This document shows, piece after piece, positions 57,544 to 64,000 of a DNA stretch of 64,000 bases. The notes beneath the pieces are model-generated. The model was not told the origin of the DNA, did not search any database, and saw only the letters and a list, made by a program, of their open reading frames with translations. The number at the start of each line of letters is the position of its first letter. Positions within the stretch are counted from its first letter, which is position 1. Origin of the DNA: an uncultured Acidobacteriota bacterium. Lineage in GTDB: Bacteria > Acidobacteriota > Terriglobia > Acidiferrales > UBA7541. The stretch spans positions 777,436 to 841,435 of the forward strand of contig CAWECV010000002.1 of assembly GCA_963807765.1 (NCBI GenBank), in the 5' to 3' direction. The translations under genes were made by a program, and so were the position numbers.

Positions 57544-58698
57544 ATGTGCCGTAGCCGGCTTTCTTTTTTCAACGCGCAACCCAACATTGCCACCGAGTAT
57601 CGCGCTGCGGCATCTCTCCACAGCCACACTCACCACTCGAAGGAAAGTCTTCAATTCATTCGGCAATTCGCGGAGAAATACCCGGTGCTGAAATGGGCGC
57701 TCGACCGCTGGTGCAAAACGGCGGCGATTCCGGTGGACTTTGAGCGGGCGTATTGGACGCCGCCGCTGAATGCGGAAATGTCGCTGCGAGTGGAGAAAGA
57801 TCAAATCGAAGAAAAGCTTGGACGCGCAAGCTTTGTTTCACTGACGGATCACGACACGATCGAAGCGCCGCTGTTACTGAGAGCCCTGCCGGATACGAAG
57901 GATGTGCCGATCTCGCTCGAGTGGAGCGCGCCATTCGGCGGAACTTTATTCCATTTCGGCATCCACAATTTGCCGGACAAGTGCGCGCAATCGAGCGTCG
58001 CGAATCTTGCGCAATACACAAAGAACCCATCGGAAACCGAGCTATACCAACTGCTGGCGGCGCTGAACGAATTCCCGGACGTGCTGATTGTTTTCAATCA
58101 CCCGCTCTGGGATCAGTGCGAAGTCGGGCAAAACCTGCACGAGCAAGCGGTTCAGCAGTTCATGGAAACGGGCGGGCGATTCGTGCATGCCGTGGAGATT
58201 AATGCGACGCGAGTTTGGAGCGAGAACAATCGTGTGAAGGGGATGGCGGAACAGTGGAAGCTCCCGAGTGTCGCGGGCGGGGACCGGCACGGCTGCGATC
58301 CAAGCAGCGCTCTCAATCTTACGAATGCGAAGTCGTTTCCCGAACTCGTGAACGAAATACGGTACGCGCAACGCTCGCACGTACTGATGATGCCGCAGTA
58401 TGACGAGCCACGATTCATCCGTATCACGCAAATGCTGCTCGACGTGATCCGTGAATATCCGGAGCATCCTTTTGGAACGCGCCGGTGGGACAACCGCGTT
58501 TTTCATCCGGGGCGCAAGACGCCGGAGGACACTCCGGTTTCGACGTTGTGGGGAACGCCGCCGGTGTTTCTGGAAATTCTTTTCTCGTCGTTGCGGCTGC
58601 TGGAATACACGGCCGTGAAGAACGCGCTGACGCAAGCGATGCCGAGAGAAACAGTGGGGCGCGTCGCCACCGATGTCTCGTACGAGGCGACTTCGTGA
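57544..58698 (+). CDS. PHP-domain (polymerase/histidinol-phosphatase-like) metal-dependent phosphoesterase
   Basis: LHSHTHHS and SLTDHDT motifs near the N-terminus. Confidence 0.6.
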   Translation: MCRSRLSFFNAQPNIATEYRAAASLHSHTHHSKESLQFIRQFAEKYPVLKWALDRWCKTAAIPVDFERAYWTPPLNAEMSLRVEKDQIEEKLGRASFVSLTDHDTIEAPLLLRALPDTKDVPISLEWSAPFGGTLFHFGIHNLPDKCAQSSVANLAQYTKNPSETELYQLLAALNEFPDVLIVFNHPLWDQCEVGQNLHEQAVQQFMETGGRFVHAVEINATRVWSENNRVKGMAEQWKLPSVAGGDRHGCDPSSALNLTNAKSFPELVNEIRYAQRSHVLMMPQYDEPRFIRITQMLLDVIREYPEHPFGTRRWDNRVFHPGRKTPEDTPVSTLWGTPPVFLEILFSSLRLLEYTAVKNALTQAMPRETVGRVATDVSYEATS

Positions 58699-59906
58699 AC
58701 AGAACAGACCTGAGGGTCGCGTTTTTTCCCGATGCGTATTACGAAGTAGACGGCGTCGCCAACACGAGCCGGCAATTTGAGGCGTTTTCGAGACGCAGAG
58801 GCCTGCCGTTTCTGGTGGTGCATGCTGGTCCGCGAAATGAAGTCGCGAGCAATGGCAGCGTAAAGCGGGTTCAAATTCGCCGCGGGCCGATTGGATTTCG
58901 GCTCGACCGAGCGCACTCGTTTGACCTTGCCATGCTTACGCGACTCGGCAAAGTTCAGGAGCACGTGGATCGGTTCAAGCCGGACGTGGTTCACATCACG
59001 GGACCGAGCGACATTGGAATTCTCGGAGCGTTGATCGCCCACAGGCTGCATATTCCGCTCGTCGCCGCGTGGCAAACGAACCTTCACCAATACGCGCGGA
59101 GCCGCGCGATGGCAGGAACCAGATTCCTGCCTCGTGCGTGGCGCGAAGCGCTGGGCGGCATCGCCGAGCATTGGAGCTTTCGCGCGACGTCGAGGTTTTA
59201 TAGGATTCCCCGGCTACTCTTCGCTCCGAATCCAGAAATGGTGAACTTGCTGAGGCGCGTGACGGGCAAACCGTGTTTTCTGATGGCTCACAGCGTGGAT
59301 ACTGCGTCGTTTCATTCCGCGCTGCGCGTGCGAAGCGATTCGGTATTTCGAATCGGCTATGTAGGGCGGATGACGCCGGAGAAAAACGTTCGGGCGCTCG
59401 CGCAGATTGAACGCGACTTGATCTCGAGCGGCCAAACGAATTTCGGCTTCACGATTGTAGGTGACGGCGCAGAACGAGAGTGGCTTGAGCGCCACATGAC
59501 GAGCGCGGAGTTCACCGGACAGCTGACGGGATCTGACTTGGCGCGGGCTTTTGCAAATCTCGACGTGCTGGTGTCTCCCTCGGAGACCGAAACGTTCGGC
59601 CTTGTGGTTCTGGAGGCGCTCGCGTCCGGGGTTCCCGCAATCGTTACGTCGCGCGGCGGGCCGAAATTTACGGTGCAGCCCGGCAAGACTGGGTTCATCG
59701 CCGAGAACATCGGCGATTTCGCCCGGCATGTGACTACGCTGATGGAGCAGCCGGACCTGCTTGCCGCGATGCGGATTTCGGCGCGTGAGTACGCTCTCTC
59801 AACGTCGTGGGATCGCATCTTCGACGGGATGTACGATGCGTACGAGCGGTATTTACATGCTGCGAACACGGTCCGCACGGGAGTTCTAGACATCGCCGTA
59901 AGCTAG
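58695..59906 (+). CDS. glycosyltransferase family 4 (GT-B, retaining type)
   Basis: SETETFGLVVLEALASGVP (EX7E motif). The GTG start overlaps the previous stop (GTGA). The upstream part of ORF 58485.. is out-of-frame overlap with the PHP gene. Confidence 0.85.
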   Translation: MNRTDLRVAFFPDAYYEVDGVANTSRQFEAFSRRRGLPFLVVHAGPRNEVASNGSVKRVQIRRGPIGFRLDRAHSFDLAMLTRLGKVQEHVDRFKPDVVHITGPSDIGILGALIAHRLHIPLVAAWQTNLHQYARSRAMAGTRFLPRAWREALGGIAEHWSFRATSRFYRIPRLLFAPNPEMVNLLRRVTGKPCFLMAHSVDTASFHSALRVRSDSVFRIGYVGRMTPEKNVRALAQIERDLISSGQTNFGFTIVGDGAEREWLERHMTSAEFTGQLTGSDLARAFANLDVLVSPSETETFGLVVLEALASGVPAIVTSRGGPKFTVQPGKTGFIAENIGDFARHVTTLMEQPDLLAAMRISAREYALSTSWDRIFDGMYDAYERYLHAANTVRTGVLDIAVS

Positions 59907-59989
59907 GATAAAATTGCAGTACGGATGAGCGACGGCGACCCGCCTCGTCAATTCAGCAAAAACATCCGGCTTGGAGCAACGGGATCATC

Positions 59990-60760
59990 ATGGCCCTTGG
60001 ACCACACAGGTTTGCCGTCTCAATGCTGGCAATTGGGACGTGCTTTGTCTTCGCGCCGGGCCGGGCGGCGGCTCAAGGACCCACTCAAGTTACCGCCGAG
60101 CAGCTCACCTTGCCGCAAGTAGTTGCCAAACTCGTCGAAAAAAACGAAGAGAGAGCCAAGGCGCTCGAGAGCTACAAAGACAAGCGCGTGTATACGCTGA
60201 ATTACGTCGGCCTGCCGAGCCAGCTTCACGCGGATATGACCGTGGACATGAGCTACAACGCGCCCGCGACCAAGGAGTTCCACGTCGTTTCGGAGAACGG
60301 ATCACATTGGATCGTGAACCACGTACTGAAAAGGCTGATCGATACGGAGCAAGAAGCGCTCGAAGAGGCAAACCGCAGCGGAGTGGAGTTGAATCCAGAC
60401 AACTACATTTTTACAGCGCTGGAGTATGATCGCAGTGAAACGGGATGTAGATACGTTCTGAGCGTGCAGCCCAAGATCGCCACAAAGTTTCTCTATCGGG
60501 GACGCATCTGGGTGGATGACAAAGATTTCGCCGTGTGCCGAGTCGAAGCCGAGCCCGCAAAAAATCCCTCTTTCTGGATTAAGAAGACGCAGATCCGCCA
60601 TTCGTATCAGAAGGTCGGCGATTTTTGGCTTCCGGCAGAGAACGAAAGCATTTCGAATCTTCGCTTCGACGGGCGGGCCACGCTGACAATCAAGTACAAG
60701 GAATACGAAATTCAAAGAGCGCCCGCTCACACCGCCGACAACATCACTCAAGGTCACTAA
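59990..60760 (+). CDS. LolA-fold outer-membrane-lipoprotein-sorting-like protein, secreted
   Basis: Signal peptide (..FAPGRAAAQ). The C-terminal FLYRGRIWVDDKDFAV..VEAEPAKNPSFWIKK pattern resembles LolA-like/DUF1571-type proteins. Confidence 0.55.
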   Translation: MALGPHRFAVSMLAIGTCFVFAPGRAAAQGPTQVTAEQLTLPQVVAKLVEKNEERAKALESYKDKRVYTLNYVGLPSQLHADMTVDMSYNAPATKEFHVVSENGSHWIVNHVLKRLIDTEQEALEEANRSGVELNPDNYIFTALEYDRSETGCRYVLSVQPKIATKFLYRGRIWVDDKDFAVCRVEAEPAKNPSFWIKKTQIRHSYQKVGDFWLPAENESISNLRFDGRATLTIKYKEYEIQRAPAHTADNITQGH

Positions 60761-60835
60761 AAAATCGATGGCAATCCAGGGAAGCGCACAGGCCACGGAA
60801 GACGCGCCCTTGCGCGAGACCGGGGACGAAAGCCG

Positions 60836-60864
60836 TTGTGGGCCGGCGGAACGTGCTCTATAAT
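60836..60864 (+). promoter_or_regulatory. candidate sigma70 promoter TTGTGG-17 nt-TATAAT upstream of ppiD
   Basis: Hexamers read directly, ~39 nt upstream of the ATG at 60903. Confidence 0.4.
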
Positions 60865-60902
60865 CGAGCGTTTGGAAACTCTCTGAAAGCCCCTAAAACA
60901 GC

Positions 60903-62828
60903 ATGCTGGAGATAATTCAAAGAAGACAAGCCGGCGTCAAGATTTTGATGGGCGTGATATTGAGCCTGATTTGCCTCGCCATGGTGATCACGCTGGTGCC
61001 CGGTTTGATCCCCGGAACGACGACGGGGATGACCAGCCCTGACGGCGTGGCTCGAGTAGGCAACGAGCAAATTACGCGCCAGGACGTTCAGGCATTGCTC
61101 AATCGCGAATTGCGCGGTCAGCAGCTTCCGCCTTCATTCAAGAGTCTTTATGCAAAACAGGTTCTGGATCAGCTGATCCTCGAAAAGGCGCTCGATCTCG
61201 AAGGGCAGCGCATCGGCCTGAAGGTAACGCCGCAGGAAGAAACCGATCGAATCAAGAAATATCTTCCGACCGCCTTCAACGGCAACACCTGGGTCGGCCA
61301 AGAGCGCTACACGGCCGAAGTCGAATCGAAAACGGGAATGAGCGTCCAGGATTTCGAGGATTTTGTGCGCCAGCAGATTCTCGAGGAGAAATTCCGCTCA
61401 CTCCTGACGGATGGAATTACCGTTTCTGACGGCGAAATCCTAAATGAGTTTCGCCGGCGCAACGAGAAGGTGACGATCGAATACGCGCTGCTCAAGCCGG
61501 CGGAGCTGGCTGCGAAAATCGATCCGAGCGAAGCGGAACTTTCTCAGTATTTCGCGAAGAACATGAGCAAGTACCAGATACCGGAGAAGCGTTCCGCGAA
61601 TTTTGCTTTGCTCGATCTGAATGTGTTGAAACAGCGCGCGCAGGTCAGCGACGACGAACTTCGCGGCTACTACAATCAACATATCGACGAGTTCAAAGTC
61701 GAAAATCGCGTTCACGTGGAGCACATCCTTTTCAAGACGCTGGGCAAGACGGATGCGGAAGTCGCGGAAATCCAAAAGAAAGCCGAGGATGTGCTGAAAA
61801 AGGCGAAAGCCGGCGCGAATTTCGAAGATCTGGCGAAGAAATATTCGGAAGATACGACGGCTTCCAAGGGCGGCGATCTGGGCTGGATCGTCGAAGGGCA
61901 GACGGTGCCGGAATTCGAACATGCGGCCTTCAGCCAGCCGAAGGGCACGATCTCCGATCTCGTGAAAACTCAGTACGGCTTCCACATCATCAAGGTCCTC
62001 GACAAGGAAACGGCTCGCACGAAAAGTTTTGACGAAGTGCGCGCGCAGATTTTGCCGATCGTTCTCGAAGACAAGGTAAACACGGAAGCGAATCAGCTTT
62101 CGGATCAAATCGCGTCCGCGGTGCGGCAGTCGAATCGCCAATCGCTCGACGCGATCGCGAAGAAATTCAATCTGGTTCAGGGTACCACGCCTCCCGTTAC
62201 GGGCACGGAACCGGTGGGCGAACTCGGCAATTCCGCCGATCTGCAGCAAACCCTATTCGCCTTGCGACCGGGTGAGATCAGCTCGCCGCTTCGAATCGAA
62301 CGAGGCACTGTGATTTTGTCGTTAAAGGACGTGCTCGCGGCGCATCAAGCGACGCTCGCCGAAGTGCATGACACGGTTCTGGCAGACTATCGCAAGGATA
62401 ATTCGGTTTTGCTGGCACGGTCGCGAGCGGATGAGTTGGCCAAGCGGATTCACGCGGGCGAATCGCTGGACAAAGCCGCAAAGGATCTCGGAATCACGGT
62501 GGCTACGAGCCAGTCGTTCGCTCGAGTCGGCCAAGTGGGCGATCTGGGTTCCGCAAGCCAGTTCGAGGCGGCATTCTCAATGCCCGTAAATAAGGCGAGC
62601 GATGCCATGGCGGTTGGCGGAAACTGGGTTGTCTACGAGGTGACCGCTCATGAGGACCCGAAGCCCGAAGAGCTCATACTTCAGAGAGCGCAACTCGAAC
62701 AGCAGCTTCTCCAAACCAAGAAGTCCGGGGTGTTTGAAGCATTTGAGACAGCCTTGAAGGATCGCCTGACGAAAGACGGAAAACTTGTAATCGATCAGAC
62801 GAACCTGAAGGCGCTCTCCGGCTCGTAA
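60903..62828 (+). CDS. ppiD: periplasmic chaperone/peptidyl-prolyl isomerase PpiD (SurA-like with N-terminal TM anchor)
   Basis: N-terminal TM helix and a parvulin domain (..GGDLGWIVEGQTVPEFEHAAF..GFHIIKV). Confidence 0.85.
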   Translation: MLEIIQRRQAGVKILMGVILSLICLAMVITLVPGLIPGTTTGMTSPDGVARVGNEQITRQDVQALLNRELRGQQLPPSFKSLYAKQVLDQLILEKALDLEGQRIGLKVTPQEETDRIKKYLPTAFNGNTWVGQERYTAEVESKTGMSVQDFEDFVRQQILEEKFRSLLTDGITVSDGEILNEFRRRNEKVTIEYALLKPAELAAKIDPSEAELSQYFAKNMSKYQIPEKRSANFALLDLNVLKQRAQVSDDELRGYYNQHIDEFKVENRVHVEHILFKTLGKTDAEVAEIQKKAEDVLKKAKAGANFEDLAKKYSEDTTASKGGDLGWIVEGQTVPEFEHAAFSQPKGTISDLVKTQYGFHIIKVLDKETARTKSFDEVRAQILPIVLEDKVNTEANQLSDQIASAVRQSNRQSLDAIAKKFNLVQGTTPPVTGTEPVGELGNSADLQQTLFALRPGEISSPLRIERGTVILSLKDVLAAHQATLAEVHDTVLADYRKDNSVLLARSRADELAKRIHAGESLDKAAKDLGITVATSQSFARVGQVGDLGSASQFEAAFSMPVNKASDAMAVGGNWVVYEVTAHEDPKPEELILQRAQLEQQLLQTKKSGVFEAFETALKDRLTKDGKLVIDQTNLKALSGS

Positions 62829-62857
62829 CCCGCGCTATTTTCCAGCCCTCACTCGCG

Positions 62858-63139
62858 CTACTTCGCACGAATCAAGACTTCACCGCCGCCAATCAGTTGA
62901 TCGTTTAGAAAGAGGCGATACTTGTAGGAGCCCGGATTGACGCCGGCACGAGGCGGACCGCTTTGAAGGCGCGTTCCTGCCGGCGCCTGAAACACGTTGG
63001 ACGAGAATGGACAGCGTTGCGGGTCGAACTCAACGCGCACGTTCCCGGCAAGCGGCTGCCAGACGACCTGATCGCCCGGGTCGATCACGACAGTATCAGG
63101 ATGAATTCCCACCAGGATTATTTTTTCGGACATCGCCAA
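62858..63139 (-). CDS. hypothetical small protein (93 aa)
   Basis: The start codon directly abuts the stop of the upstream transketolase-subunit gene. Beta-rich sequence with no family recognised. Confidence 0.5.
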   Translation of the reverse strand: MAMSEKIILVGIHPDTVVIDPGDQVVWQPLAGNVRVEFDPQRCPFSSNVFQAPAGTRLQSGPPRAGVNPGSYKYRLFLNDQLIGGGEVLIRAK

Positions 63140-64000
63140 TCAGGATCCAATTTCTTTCACAGCGTCCACGATGTGGGGCGCCGAGAGACCAAACGCATTG
63201 AGAAGTTCATCCGGCTTGCCCGAATGGGGCATGCCATGCACCGCGAGCCGCTTCGACTTTGAAGGCGCCACGCCTTCGTCGAGGAGTGCGGTGATGACCG
63301 CTTCGCCGAGGCCGCCTTCTTCAAAGTGATCCTCGACGGTGACGAGGCGGCCGCCCGTGGCCTTTAGCTCTGCGGCAATGGCTTTGCCGTCGAGCGGCTT
63401 CACGCAATAAAGGTCGATCACGCGAATTGCAATTCCCTGCCCTTTCAATTCGTCAGCCGCTTTGAGCGCTTCATGAAGCGTAATGCCCGCGCCGATCACG
63501 GTCACACGGTCGTTGTCGGAGCGGCGAACGACCTTGAAGCCCGGAATCGGAAACTTTTCGTCGATTGAATAAATAATCGGCGTTTTCGGGCGCGAAGTCC
63601 GAATGTAGCTGATGCAATCGGCGCGCGCGGCCGCTTCTGTGAGCCGCTCGGCTGAAACGGCGTCCGAGGGATACAAGACAATCGAGCCATTCACCGCCCG
63701 GAACATAGATATGTCCTCAAGCGCCATCTGCGAAGGGCCATCGTCGCCTATGGATACGCCGCAATGCGAACCGCACAGCTTGATGAAGCTGCGGCTGATC
63801 GCGGCCATGCGGACTTGATCGTAAGCGCGCGAGAGGAAGCATGCGAACGTGTCCACAAATGGGACCCTGCCGCGCGCCCCGAGGCCCACGCCAGCACTGA
63901 CCATATTCTGTTCGGCAATGTAGGCTTGAAAGAAACGGTCCGGGTAGGCGTCGCCGAAAATTTGGGAAAACGTGGAATTTTTGACGTCGCCGCTCATCGC
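63140..64000 (-). CDS. transketolase family protein, C-terminal (pyrimidine-binding plus C-terminal domain) subunit; N-terminus lies beyond the window end
   Basis: FPDRFFQAYIAEQNMVSAGVGLG.., SHCGVSIGDDGPSQMALEDI.. blocks of split transketolase subunit B. The frame is open to position 64000. Confidence 0.88.
   Translation of the reverse strand, partial: AMSGDVKNSTFSQIFGDAYPDRFFQAYIAEQNMVSAGVGLGARGRVPFVDTFACFLSRAYDQVRMAAISRSFIKLCGSHCGVSIGDDGPSQMALEDISMFRAVNGSIVLYPSDAVSAERLTEAAARADCISYIRTSRPKTPIIYSIDEKFPIPGFKVVRRSDNDRVTVIGAGITLHEALKAADELKGQGIAIRVIDLYCVKPLDGKAIAAELKATGGRLVTVEDHFEEGGLGEAVITALLDEGVAPSKSKRLAVHGMPHSGKPDELLNAFGLSAPHIVDAVKEIGS

Overview
This is a 64-kb segment of a high-GC bacterial chromosome. 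Gene content and protein style suggest an Acidobacteriota-like soil bacterium, but that is only a guess. It is densely coding: about 57 CDS and 5 tRNAs. I saw no rRNA, CRISPR array, transposase, integrase or prophage genes. Layout: (i) 1-10.1 kb is an accessory-looking catabolic operon. It encodes a multi-subunit hydantoinase/acetone-carboxylase-family enzyme (HyuA fragment, Zn gamma-like subunit, second HyuA, HyuB, URO-D-like protein), followed by an Fcs-type CoA ligase, a thiolase, a 4HBT-type thioesterase and a dihydroxyacetophenone-dioxygenase-like cupin. (ii) 10.1-28.8 kb holds mixed housekeeping and hypothetical genes: GH31, glutaryl-CoA dehydrogenase, a signal-peptide-bearing DUF711 protein, glpX, an XRE regulator, gatCA, a hybrid sensor kinase and an AT-richer orphan region. 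(iii) 28.9-43.2 kb, minus strand, is the classical block tRNA-Thr/Tyr/Thr/Gly - tuf - rpmG - tRNA-Trp - secE - nusG - rplKAJL - rpoBC. (iv) 43.4-64 kb carries cell-envelope and sulfur-amino-acid genes: M23 peptidase, thiL, PBP1A, RidA, cystathionine beta-synthase, a fused homocysteine-methyltransferase/MTHFR, mreBCD, a FecR-domain protein, PHP protein, GT4, LolA-like protein, ppiD and a transketolase C-terminal subunit. The most notable observations are: the acetophenone-carboxylase-like operon wired to a beta-ketoacyl-CoA cleavage module; a Cys-rich double zinc-ribbon-like insertion near the N-terminus of RpoB; a 1-nt frameshift splitting tuf; a strong intrinsic terminator inside the tRNA cluster; a twin-arginine signal on a DUF711 protein; and two pairs of TGTNNNGATTAGA direct repeats with the same 65-66 nt spacing at two unrelated loci. 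All family assignments come from reading motifs by eye. No database search was possible.
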